Assembly: GCA_964388105.1 (NCBI GenBank) | Contig: CAYLYQ010000001.1 | Span: 48,711 to 112,710 of the forward strand | DNA: 64,000 bases | Origin: an uncultured Acidimicrobiaceae bacterium | Lineage (GTDB): Bacteria > Actinomycetota > Acidimicrobiia > Spongiisociales > ZC4RG35 | Direction: 5' to 3' | Shown here: in pieces, positions 35,523 to 47,132 of the stretch | Layout: every line of letters starts with the position of its first letter | How positions within the stretch are numbered: the first letter of the stretch is position 1 | Position numbers and translations under genes: made by a program | The notes under the pieces: model-generated | Databases searched by the model: none | What the model was told of the DNA's origin: nothing | Seen by the model: only the letters and a program-made list of their open reading frames with translations

Positions 35523-37913
35523 GTGAATCTCGCATCCCATCAGCTGTACATAGGCAAGAGCGAGGGTGAGCCCCTCGTCTACGACGCCGACGACTTCACC
35601 ACCCACGGGGTCATCGTCGGCATGACCGGGTCAGGCAAGACCGGTCTCGGCATCGGCATCATCGAGGAGGCGCTCCTCAACGGGATCCCGTGCCTCGTCA
35701 TCGACCCGAAAGGCGACATGGGCAACCTCGCCCTGGTGTTCCCCGAGCTGGGGGCCGGCGACTTCGAGCCATGGGTCGATCCGGCCTCGGCTGCCAGGGA
35801 GGGAAAGACGGTGCCCGAGCTGGCCGCCGCCACGGCCGAGTCGTGGGCCACCGGTCTCGAGCGCGACGGCATCGACTCCGCCCGCTTGCGGAGACTGGCC
35901 GAGGAGGCCCAAGTCACCGTCTACACCCCTGGGTCGGGCGCCGGGGTCGGCCTGGACGTGCTCGGATCGATGCGCGCCCCGCAGCTCTCGTGGGATGACT
36001 CGGCCGAGGTGATCCAGGACGAGATCCAGTCGCTCATCTCCTCCATCCTCACGCTGGCGGGCATCTCCTCGGACCCCGTGTCCGGGCCCGAGCACATCCT
36101 TCTGTCCACGATCGTGGAGACCATGTGGCGACAGGGCACCGACCTGGATCTGGGGACACTCGTCGGCCAGATCCCCGACCCGCCCGTGCGCAAGCTCGGG
36201 GTCTTCGATGTGGACACATTCATCAGTCGTGACGACCGCATGAAGCTGGCGCTGAAGCTGAACGGCCTGCTGGCGTCACCGTCGTTCGCGGCCTGGATGA
36301 CCGGCGAGCCACTCGACATCGAGCGCATGCTCGGCGGCGACGGCCCCACCCGGGCGGCCGTCGTCTACCTGTCCCATCTCGGGGACGAGGAGCGCCAATT
36401 CCTGGTGACCCTCCTCCTCTCCAAGATGGTGACGTGGATACGCAGCCAGCCTGGCACCTCCCAGCTGCGCGCCTTGATCTACATGGACGAGATGTACGGA
36501 TTCGCGCCCCCGACGGCGGCTCCGCCGTCGAAGGCGCCGATCCTCACCATCCTCAAGCAGGCGCGCGCCCACGGCGTCGGCATGGTGGTGAGCACTCAGA
36601 ACCCGGTCGACCTCGACTACAAGGCGATGTCCAACGCCGGCACGTGGATGATCGGCCGCCTCCAAACCGAGAACGACAAGAAGCGCATCCTCGAGGGCCT
36701 CGACTCCGCGGCCGGCGGCGCCGACCTGGCTGAGCTGAGCCGTCTCATCTCCGGGCTGGGCAAACGGCAGTTCGTCCTCCACACGGCCAAAGGCGGAGCG
36801 CCGAAGGTGTTCGACACGAGATGGGCGATGTCGTACCTCGCCGGGCCCATGACGCGAGATCAGGTGTCGGAGCTCATGGCGGACCGCAAGGAGAAGCCGG
36901 CATCGGCGGCTGGGGCCGGTCAGGCCACGGCCACCACGGCCCTACCTCCCGGTGTCGACGCGCCATCCGCCCCGAGCGGGGACGGCGAGGACGTCGTGCC
37001 GGTGGCACCCCCGGTGGCGGACGGAGTGGTGGTCACCTATCTCGACCCGGCGGCGCCCTGGGCCACGGAAGTGGGAGCCAGAGCGGGCGCCACCACCCAC
37101 GAGGCCGCCATCGCCGCCCGGGTCGGCCTGCTCTACGACGACACGGCCGCGCAAGTCGAGCACCGGGAGGAGTACGAGGCGATCCTGCATCCACTCGACG
37201 GCAATCTCGACCTCGCCGAGGTGAAGCCGGTGGACCACGACGACCGCGACTTCCGATCCGAGGCACCCTCGGGCATCCGGTACCGCATCCCGGATGTCGA
37301 CCTCAAGGCGGCGTCGTTCTGGAAGGGGATCAACACCGGGCTCAAGGCGCATCTGGTGGAGAACCGCGCCGTCACCATATTTCGCAACCAGGGGCTCAAG
37401 CTGTACTCCCGGGTCGGTGAGTCGCGGGAGGAGTTCGCGGCCCGATGCCAGGTGGCCGCCGAGGATGCCGCGGACGCGGCGGTGGCCAAGCTCAAGGAGA
37501 AGTACGCCACCCGGATCGACCGCGTCCAGGACCAGCTTCAGGCCGCTCGAACCCGGATGATCACGGCGGAGCAGGACTATGGGGCCAGCCAGCAGAGCGA
37601 GGTGATCTCGGGTGCCGGAGACATCCTCGGCGCCCTCTTCGGCGGGCGGAAGCGCTCCAACCCGCTGGGCCAGGCGGCCTCCCGCCGCGCCGCCACCCAG
37701 AAGGCCAAAGCGAAGGTCACCGCCGAGGCGACCAAGGTGAGCTCCAAGGAGCAGGAGTTGGAAGAGCTCGAATCCGACCTCGCCGACGAGATCGCCGGCA
37801 TCGTCGCGGAGCACGAGTCTCTCGCCACCCAGCTCGACGAGTTGGAGATCCCCCTGGAGCAGACCGACGTGGAGGTCAGGGACCTGAAGCTGGTTTGGAT
37901 CCCGACCGAGTGA
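35523..37913 (+). CDS. DUF853/YjgR-like (HerA/FtsK superfamily) P-loop NTPase with ~300-aa C-terminal coiled-coil extension
   Basis: GVIVGMTGSGKTGLGIGIIEEALLNGIPCLVIDPKGDM parallels E. coli YjgR GLIAGATGTGKT...FAIDIKGDL; Walker B ALIYMDEMYGFAPP; C-terminus Ala/Glu/Lys-rich heptad-like (AAVAKLKEKYATRIDRVQDQLQAARTRM...EQELEELESDLADEIAG). Confidence 0.7.
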   Translation: MNLASHQLYIGKSEGEPLVYDADDFTTHGVIVGMTGSGKTGLGIGIIEEALLNGIPCLVIDPKGDMGNLALVFPELGAGDFEPWVDPASAAREGKTVPELAAATAESWATGLERDGIDSARLRRLAEEAQVTVYTPGSGAGVGLDVLGSMRAPQLSWDDSAEVIQDEIQSLISSILTLAGISSDPVSGPEHILLSTIVETMWRQGTDLDLGTLVGQIPDPPVRKLGVFDVDTFISRDDRMKLALKLNGLLASPSFAAWMTGEPLDIERMLGGDGPTRAAVVYLSHLGDEERQFLVTLLLSKMVTWIRSQPGTSQLRALIYMDEMYGFAPPTAAPPSKAPILTILKQARAHGVGMVVSTQNPVDLDYKAMSNAGTWMIGRLQTENDKKRILEGLDSAAGGADLAELSRLISGLGKRQFVLHTAKGGAPKVFDTRWAMSYLAGPMTRDQVSELMADRKEKPASAAGAGQATATTALPPGVDAPSAPSGDGEDVVPVAPPVADGVVVTYLDPAAPWATEVGARAGATTHEAAIAARVGLLYDDTAAQVEHREEYEAILHPLDGNLDLAEVKPVDHDDRDFRSEAPSGIRYRIPDVDLKAASFWKGINTGLKAHLVENRAVTIFRNQGLKLYSRVGESREEFAARCQVAAEDAADAAVAKLKEKYATRIDRVQDQLQAARTRMITAEQDYGASQQSEVISGAGDILGALFGGRKRSNPLGQAASRRAATQKAKAKVTAEATKVSSKEQELEELESDLADEIAGIVAEHESLATQLDELEIPLEQTDVEVRDLKLVWIPTE

Positions 37914-38339
37914 TCAGGGCCAGACGGCGAGGATCACGGAGACGATCGTGAAGGCGACCACCGCATTGAGGCCGTTGATCAGCCAGTAGAGGCGGCCCTT
38001 GCTCTCGTACATCTGGGTGATGGCCGAGCTGATGAGACCGAACGCCACGCCGAGCATCAGCCCGAGGGCCACTCCCTCCTCGAGTGAGTCGGCCCCCAGG
38101 GCCTCCACGATGAGGGCGATCACGATCGTGGACAGGAAGTAGCCGACGACGGTCGGGATCAGGAGTGTGGTCAGTCCCGGAGCCGAGTCGTCGTCGATGT
38201 CCGTCTCCACCTTGGCTGCTCGTGCCCAAGCACCGCTGAGCGGGGGGACCGAGTACCAAACGGCGCTGAATCCGAACCACGCCAGGGTTGCCACCGCGAT
38301 CGCCGCCCAGTTCACATCGCTGAAGAAGTCGGTGATCAT
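37914..38339 (-). CDS. DUF1761-like small membrane protein
   Basis: 4 predicted TM helices (AIAVATLAWFGFSAVWY, LLIPTVVGYFLSTIVIALIV, LGLMLGVAFGLISSAI, LNAVVAFTIVSVILAVW). Confidence 0.5.
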   Translation of the reverse strand: MITDFFSDVNWAAIAVATLAWFGFSAVWYSVPPLSGAWARAAKVETDIDDDSAPGLTTLLIPTVVGYFLSTIVIALIVEALGADSLEEGVALGLMLGVAFGLISSAITQMYESKGRLYWLINGLNAVVAFTIVSVILAVWP

Positions 38340-38351
38340 CGTTGCTCCTCG

Positions 38352-38735
38352 TCAGACGGTGTCGACCAGTGATTTGAGCAGATCACGCAAGGAGACGACG
38401 CCGAGAAGCTGGCCCTCGTCGTCGACCACGGGAAGGTGGCGATAACCGGATTCGGCGATCCAGGTCGCCGCATCCCAGACGTCCAGGTCCGGGTCGAAGG
38501 TGTCGGGCTCCACGCCCATCATCTCGGAGACCCGGGTGGAGTGCAGATCGATGCCTCCGGCGATGGCATTGCGCAGGTCGCGCTCGGTGACCAGGCCGAG
38601 GAGGCTGGTCCCCTCGACCACGGCCAGGGAGCCGAGATCGGCGGATTGCATGGCGAGGGCCGCCTCGGCGAGTGTGGTGTCGGGTCCGCATGAGAAGGGC
38701 CCGATGCCGATTAGGTCCGCGAGTCGCATGCCCAT
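38352..38735 (-). CDS. CBS domain pair protein
   Basis: Two CBS motifs (GSLAVVEGTSLLGLVTERDL; HLPVVDDEGQLLGVVSLRDLL); start at MGMRLADL. Confidence 0.75.
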   Translation of the reverse strand: MGMRLADLIGIGPFSCGPDTTLAEAALAMQSADLGSLAVVEGTSLLGLVTERDLRNAIAGGIDLHSTRVSEMMGVEPDTFDPDLDVWDAATWIAESGYRHLPVVDDEGQLLGVVSLRDLLKSLVDTV

Positions 38736-38810
38736 CACGCTAGCCGACGGGGATCGGTCGCCCCGTCCGAAAACCTCACGCGGGTAGGAACTGGCCGCTG
38801 CCCGGCTTCG

Positions 38811-38843
38811 CCGGTGCTCCCCCACGAGTGGGGGAGGAATCCA
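38811..38843. repeat. Repeat C-hairpin copy (GCTCCCCCAC-ga-GTGGGGGAGGAATCC) immediately 3' of sigma-factor stop
   Basis: Read directly; likely acts as terminator for 38844..39830. Confidence 0.55.
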
Positions 38844-39830
<987 letters not shown>

Positions 39831-39986
39831 AGAAATTCAAGTCCTCCACGGGGGCGGTGGGTGATGTCAGGGCGCGGCCCCCAGAGTCCAAATATACGCA
39901 TCCTGGCCGGTTTGTGAACCCCCCAATTTTCCCGACCCCTGCGCGCCCGGTGGCCGCACCGACGACAACCACGCCCGGGGAGGGTG

Positions 39987-40472
39987 TTATTCCCCCCGGG
40001 GCGGGTGGTACACCGCGACGAGGCTTCCATGTGCGGTGGCCACCGCTTCCCACGACTCGATCGACAGCGCGACGACCGCCACGGTTGCGGTGCGGACGTC
40101 CACCGGCTCGCCGGCCAGCCGGGCGACGAGCGACCCCCAGGTGGGCTGGTGCCCGACCACCATGAGGCGTGAGACGGCTTCGATCGCAGAGACGATCTCC
40201 AACACGCCCTCGACGTGCGCCCCGTAGAAGCCGGGCTCGAGACGGATCTCCGCCCCCCAGTCACCGGCCTCGGAGGCGAGCTCTGCGGTGGTTCGTGCCC
40301 GAACGGCGGTCGAGCTCACCACCAGGTCGGGGATGAGGTCAACGGAGGCGAGGTGACGGCCCATGTGTCGTGCCGCTTTCACGCCTCGGGGGTTCAGTGG
40401 TCGCTCGTGGTCGCCGCCGTAGGAGGCATCCCAGTCGGACTTGGCGTGGCGCATGACCAGGAGCGTCTTCAT
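39987..40472 (-). CDS. Histidine phosphatase family protein (SixA-like)
   Basis: MKTLLVMRHAKS RHG catalytic motif at N-terminus; ~160 aa. Confidence 0.75.
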   Translation of the reverse strand: MKTLLVMRHAKSDWDASYGGDHERPLNPRGVKAARHMGRHLASVDLIPDLVVSSTAVRARTTAELASEAGDWGAEIRLEPGFYGAHVEGVLEIVSAIEAVSRLMVVGHQPTWGSLVARLAGEPVDVRTATVAVVALSIESWEAVATAHGSLVAVYHPPRGE

Positions 40473-40511
40473 CCGGTTCGAGCATATTCAACGGCCGGGT
40501 AGGTTTGACCC

Positions 40512-42479
<1,968 letters not shown>

Positions 42480-42484
42480 GGAAC

Positions 42485-43390
42485 TCAGTCCTCGCGCGCG
42501 CCGACGACGCGGTCACCCGTCGGCGCCCCCGACGTATGCGAGGCCAGAGCGCGGGCCGAGATCAGCACGAAGGTGATCCACAGGGCGTCGGCCACCGCCA
42601 GGTGAAGGAGCTGGGCCCAGATCGGGACCCCGAGGGCGACGTTGACGACCCCGGTCACCGCCATGAGGCCCACCAGGGCGGGGACCCAGTCCGCCAGCTT
42701 CCGCGAGTTGCGGCTCGCCACTATCCATGTCGAGACCAGGATCACGAGGGCCAGGATCGGGTGGACGATCCGAAGGGCGGTCAGGAAATGGGCCTCGCCC
42801 GCCAGGTCCCCGCCCTTCGGGAAGAGTGTGTCGGCGAGGGCGGTGACCGCGCCCGTCGCAGCAAGGGCAACGAGGGAGAGGCCTGCTGCCATCACTCCCT
42901 TCCGGACCCTCTCCGGTGCCGCGGACCACTCCAGGCGCCTGCCGCCCGACAACCAGAAGATGGTCAGCGTGAGGACGGCAAGGAGGAACAGGGTGTTGAC
43001 CAGGTGCAGAGGGACCGCGACGACCCTCGCCACCGAGTCGTCGTGGGCAACCCACTCGGCGAGCACGATCATTGCTCCGATCAGGGCCTCCCCCACGATC
43101 GCCACGACCGAGAGGCCCGCCCCGGTCCGGGCAGGATGACCCTTCTCGGTGGCGCGCCACACCAGCACGGCCAGCAACACCACGAGCACCAACGCGATCC
43201 CGCTGACGGCGCGATGAGTGAACTCGATCGCCGTGTCCCCTTCGAGCTCGGGGATCAGGGCGCCCTGGCAGGTGGGCCAGGAGCGCCCACACCCGGCCCC
43301 GCTCCCGCTGGCCCGAACCCACGCCCCCACCAGGATGACGCCGACGTTGAAGACGAGGACGAACCAGGCGTAGCGAACGAGCCGAGACAC
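42485..43390 (-). CDS. ctaA: Heme A synthase (COX15/CtaA)
   Basis: 8 TM helices; CGRSWPTCQG cysteine loop; conserved His in TM helices. Confidence 0.8.
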   Translation of the reverse strand: MSRLVRYAWFVLVFNVGVILVGAWVRASGSGAGCGRSWPTCQGALIPELEGDTAIEFTHRAVSGIALVLVVLLAVLVWRATEKGHPARTGAGLSVVAIVGEALIGAMIVLAEWVAHDDSVARVVAVPLHLVNTLFLLAVLTLTIFWLSGGRRLEWSAAPERVRKGVMAAGLSLVALAATGAVTALADTLFPKGGDLAGEAHFLTALRIVHPILALVILVSTWIVASRNSRKLADWVPALVGLMAVTGVVNVALGVPIWAQLLHLAVADALWITFVLISARALASHTSGAPTGDRVVGARED

Positions 43391-43457
43391 ACGGGGAGGA
43401 TACGGCCGAACGACCAGGATCAGTCCGCCGTGCGCGACATGGGGGACTGATGTCCAG

Positions 43458-44426
43458 TTGGTTACCGTCTGCCCCGTGATTCACGACAGCATCATCGAAA
43501 CCGTCGGGCGCACCCCGCTCGTCCGCCTGTCCAGGTTTCACCCCCCGGGCAACCTGGTGGCCAAGGTGGAGACCTTCAATCCCGGCGGCTCGATCAAGGA
43601 TCGGATCGCCGTCTCCATGGTGGAGCGGGCCGAACGGGACGGTCTCCTCGGCCCGGGGGGCACCATCGTCGAACCGACTTCGGGGAACACGGGCGTGGGC
43701 CTGGCAATCATCGGCGCAGTGCGTGGATACCGGGTCATCTGCACCGTCCCGGACAAGGTCTCGAAAGAGAAGCAGGACCTGCTCAAGGCCTACGGAGCCG
43801 AGGTGGTGGTCACCCCGACCGACCGGCTACCGGAAGACGAGGACTCGTATTACGGGGTGGCGCGAAAGCTCGCCTCCGAGATCGAAGGAGCCTTCCACCC
43901 CGACCAGTATTCGAACCCGGCCAACCCCCAGGCTCACTTCGACGCCACCGGGCCCGAGATCTGGGAGGCCACCGACGGCGAGGTCGACGTGTTCGTCGCC
44001 GGCGTCGGCACCGGAGGCACGATCACGGGGGCGGCCCGCTACCTCAAGGCACGGAATCCGGAGATCCTCGTCGTCGGAGCCGACCCCGAGGGATCCATCT
44101 ACACCCAAGGTCCGGACGGTGACATCCACCAGTACTTCGTGGAGGGGGTCGGGGAGGACTTCTATCCCGAAACGGTCGACCTCGGCGTCATCGACCGCTT
44201 CATCGAGGTCGACGACGCCCGGTCATTCCGGGCCGGCCGCGAGCTGGCGCGGACCGAGGGCATCCTCACAGGCGGGTCCGGCGGGCTGGCAGTGGAGGCC
44301 GCCCGGCAGGTGGCCGCCGAGGACACGAGCCGGCTCGTGGTCGTGATCGTCCCCGACTCGGGTCGGGGCTATCTGTCGAAGATGTACGACGACGACTGGA
44401 TGGAGCGTCACGGGTTCTCGTCGTGA
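43458..44426 (+). CDS. cysK: Cysteine synthase / O-acetylserine sulfhydrylase family (PLP fold type II)
   Basis: IETVGRTPLVRL, NPGGSIKDRIA (PLP Lys), TSGNTGVGLA; start may be GTG ~43476. Confidence 0.8.
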   Translation: MVTVCPVIHDSIIETVGRTPLVRLSRFHPPGNLVAKVETFNPGGSIKDRIAVSMVERAERDGLLGPGGTIVEPTSGNTGVGLAIIGAVRGYRVICTVPDKVSKEKQDLLKAYGAEVVVTPTDRLPEDEDSYYGVARKLASEIEGAFHPDQYSNPANPQAHFDATGPEIWEATDGEVDVFVAGVGTGGTITGAARYLKARNPEILVVGADPEGSIYTQGPDGDIHQYFVEGVGEDFYPETVDLGVIDRFIEVDDARSFRAGRELARTEGILTGGSGGLAVEAARQVAAEDTSRLVVVIVPDSGRGYLSKMYDDDWMERHGFSS

Positions 44427-44433
44427 CAATGAT

Positions 44434-44457
44434 GAGACCCCGCCGGAGCGGGGCCTC
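44434..44457 (+). terminator. Stem-loop GAGACCCCGC-cgga-GCGGGGCCTC just after cysK stop
   Basis: Inverted repeat read directly 8 nt downstream of TGA. Confidence 0.5.
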
Positions 44458-44703
44458 ATCGGGTCAAGAAAGCTTCGACGTCGCTCCTCGGACGAGGCTG
44501 CGGGTGGACAAGATCCGCAGTGGTCGAAACCCGGTGGTCCGGTTTGGAGTCGCCACCTTCCCCTGCGGGGAGCGGCGCTTCAGCGGTCGCGCCGCTCAGC
44601 GGCCGGCCACCTCCAGAGTCCTGAAAGACTTACACAACTTAGGACCACCTCCTTTCTCTGGTGACTGCAGTCTGCCACAAGGCGCGAACTGAGCGAGGAG
44701 ATT

Positions 44704-45366
44704 TCAGAGGCGAAGGTTGGAGAAGAACTCACCCCACCAGGCTCCGAGGGCTTCGAGCCCGTGACCGAAGGCCCAGAAGAGAGAGACGACCAGGGCGACC
44801 AGCCCGACGACAGCCGCCAGAGTGCGGATCTGATAGAACTGGCGTTGGGTGGGATCCTCGATGTAGGAGAGCTCCCGAACCACAACGGGAGTCAGGGTGG
44901 TGGTGGCCGGCCTCACCGGGACCGGCTTGGGTTGGGGCACCACACGCAGGCGGGGGCGGGACTCGACCCGGGGTGCCGGGGCAGGTGCGGGAGCCTCGTC
45001 ATCCAGCGGGCCCTCTCCTCGTTCCAGGGCGATTTCCGCCGTGAGCTCCTCGAAGGCCTTGGGGCCATGCGCGGGTTGGGAAGGTGTCTCCGGTGCGAGC
45101 GTCGCCAGTGCCTGCTCGACGGTGGGACTGGTCTCAGCGGCCACCGGCGGTTCCATGCCCACCTTGCCGAAGAGCGTCCTCTCGTCGACACCGAGGATCG
45201 CCACCAGCGTCTCGAGGATCTTGGGATCTCTGGGCACCGATCGGTCCGCCTCCCACGAACGGATCGTGGCCGGCGACCGGCCGACCAGCTCGGCGAGACG
45301 GGTCTGGCTCAGGCCCAGTTTGGTGCGGCGATAACGAACGGTGCGGCCGAAGCTGCGCTCGGGCAT
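44704..45366 (-). CDS. XRE-family HTH protein with Pro-rich linker and C-terminal transmembrane helix
   Basis: LGLSQTRLAELVGRSPATIRSWE HTH; PAPAPAP linker; TM LAAVVGLVALVVSLFWAF. Confidence 0.65.
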   Translation of the reverse strand: MPERSFGRTVRYRRTKLGLSQTRLAELVGRSPATIRSWEADRSVPRDPKILETLVAILGVDERTLFGKVGMEPPVAAETSPTVEQALATLAPETPSQPAHGPKAFEELTAEIALERGEGPLDDEAPAPAPAPRVESRPRLRVVPQPKPVPVRPATTTLTPVVVRELSYIEDPTQRQFYQIRTLAAVVGLVALVVSLFWAFGHGLEALGAWWGEFFSNLRL

Positions 45367-45497
45367 GGGCTAGATGCTACGAGACACCAGGCCGTAATCC
45401 GGGGCGGTTGTCCGCACTCCGTATGCGTGCAGAGGTGGGGGAACGTCTGACGCGTACGGAGCGCGGCACACCGCGCGAGGGCGAGAAGAGGTGGCGC

Positions 45498-46055
45498 TTA
45501 CTGCTTGACGGCAGCTATCTCGAACTCGAGGGTCACCTTCTCGGAGACCAGCACGCCGCCCGCCTCGATGGCGAGGTTCCAGGAGACACCCCAGTCCTTG
45601 CGGTTGATCACGGTCGAGCCCTCGAAGCCGACTCGGGTGTTGCCCCAGGGGTCGGGCGAAGCGCCGAGGAAGTCGACGTCGAACGTCACCGGCCTGGTGA
45701 CGCCGCGGACTGTGAGGTCACCGGTGACCTGCCAGGTGGTTGGGCCGCCTTCGATCGCGGTGGTCTTGAAGCCGATCTCCGGGTACTTGTCCATCGCCAG
45801 GAAGTCGTTGGAGCGGATGTGGTTGTCCCGGTCCCCGTTGTTGGTGTCGATGCTGGCGGCCTTGATGGTCAGCCAGGCCGACGATTGGGAAGGCGTGTCA
45901 CCATCGAGGCTCAGGGAGCCCTCGAACTCGTTGAATCCGCCGCGCACCTTGGTCACCATGGCATGACGGGCCACGAAGCCGAAGCGGCTGTGGCTCGGGT
46001 CGATGGCGTATTCGCCGGTCAGCTCGGCCAGGTTCGGTGTCTGCATGGTGTGCAT
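45498..46055 (-). CDS. YceI-like periplasmic/lipid-binding family protein
   Basis: YAIDPSHSRFGFVARHAMVTKVRGGF, LTVRGVTRPVTFDV typical YceI beta-barrel motifs. Confidence 0.8.
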   Translation of the reverse strand: MHTMQTPNLAELTGEYAIDPSHSRFGFVARHAMVTKVRGGFNEFEGSLSLDGDTPSQSSAWLTIKAASIDTNNGDRDNHIRSNDFLAMDKYPEIGFKTTAIEGGPTTWQVTGDLTVRGVTRPVTFDVDFLGASPDPWGNTRVGFEGSTVINRKDWGVSWNLAIEAGGVLVSEKVTLEFEIAAVKQ

Positions 46056-46070
46056 TGAACAGTCCTTTCG

Positions 46071-46115
46071 GTTGATGTGTCAACCACCCTACACAGCTAA
46101 TAGGTGACATGTCAA
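46071..46115. promoter_or_regulatory. Divergent yceI/marR control region with two palindromes (GGTTGA-tgtg-TCAACC; TGACATGTCA)
   Basis: Read directly in the ~85-bp intergenic region; MarR operators are typically such palindromes. Confidence 0.45.
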
Positions 46116-46139
46116 CCTCGTGTCCTGTACAATGGCCGC

Positions 46140-46610
46140 ATGGACTCCACCATTGCCGCTGCCGACCTCCGGACCGATGCCTGGAAAGGCTTCCAGCGCA
46201 TGGCTGTCGGCATAGCGAGCCGGCTCAACCGGGTGCTGACGACCGAGTCCGGCATCTCCCTCCCCGACTTCGAGGTGCTGACCTCGCTCGCCGGATCCGA
46301 GACGGGGACCTTGCGCGCGTTCGAGTTGGGTGCGGACCTCCAGTGGGAGAAGAGCCGCTTGTCCCATCACCTGAAGCGCATGGAGACCCGTGGACTGGTG
46401 AGCCGGACCGTCTGCGAGAGCGACGGTCGTGGCCTCTGGGTTTCGATCACCGACGCAGGTCGAGCGGTCTTCGCCGATGCGTATCGCGTCCACCGCGATC
46501 TCGTCGACTCGTTGATGCTCGACCGGCTCGACCGCGAGCAACTGGCATCACTCGTCGGCATTTCGGGCATCGTGCTCGAGGAAATGACCGACGAGCTCTG
46601 CGCCGACTGA
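46140..46610 (+). CDS. MarR family transcriptional regulator
   Basis: Winged helix LPDFEVLTSLAGSETGTLRAFELGADLQWEKSRLSHHLKRMETRGLVSR; start at MDST within track ORF 46104..46610. Confidence 0.8.
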   Translation: MDSTIAAADLRTDAWKGFQRMAVGIASRLNRVLTTESGISLPDFEVLTSLAGSETGTLRAFELGADLQWEKSRLSHHLKRMETRGLVSRTVCESDGRGLWVSITDAGRAVFADAYRVHRDLVDSLMLDRLDREQLASLVGISGIVLEEMTDELCAD

Positions 46611-46697
46611 CCTGGCCGGAAGTCCCGCTCGAAAACCGACCAATGCCCCTAAGCGCGGACTGCCCCCTGGATATGCTCATTCCAGAAAGGACGTGAC

Positions 46698-47111
46698 ATG
46701 AAGAGATGGGCATACATAGCGACGATCGTCTTCGGAGTGGTGCTGATCGCAGGCGCTGCCGGGACCTGGATTCTGGTTTCTTCCACTCTCGACAGCCAGC
46801 GGATCACCGTGGCCGATGACGCCGATTGCGCCGCCGGCGCACAGGTGCGGGGACCCTGGAGCGCGTACTGCCAGGCCCGGATCATCGACAAGCACACGCT
46901 GGAGATCACGGACGGCTTGACCTACGCGGAGCTCGATCGTGACGACCCCCGTCGCCAGACGGCGATGAACTCCTCCTTCCTCCAGGCTTCGCTCTTCACA
47001 TCGATCCTCGCCTTCGGGGTGGCCGGACTGGCCGCACTGGCGGGCATCATGTTCGTCCTTCTCGGACTGGGCATGAAGGACGTGGCCGAGAAGACCAGCG
47101 AAGGCACCTGA
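46698..47111 (+). CDS. Hypothetical two-TM membrane protein
   Basis: N-terminal TM IATIVFGVVLIAGAAGTWILV and C-terminal TM LFTSILAFGVAGLAALAGIMFVLLGLG; RBS AAAGGA before ATG. Confidence 0.5.
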   Translation: MKRWAYIATIVFGVVLIAGAAGTWILVSSTLDSQRITVADDADCAAGAQVRGPWSAYCQARIIDKHTLEITDGLTYAELDRDDPRRQTAMNSSFLQASLFTSILAFGVAGLAALAGIMFVLLGLGMKDVAEKTSEGT

Positions 47112-47132
47112 CCTGACCCAACGCGTCTGACC

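Noticed and set aside
44641-44660. 16S rRNA gene fragment suggested by GGACCACCTCCTTTCTC
   Set aside because: Only a 16-nt match to the 16S 3' terminus with no flanking rRNA sequence; kept only as a possible anti-SD mimic.
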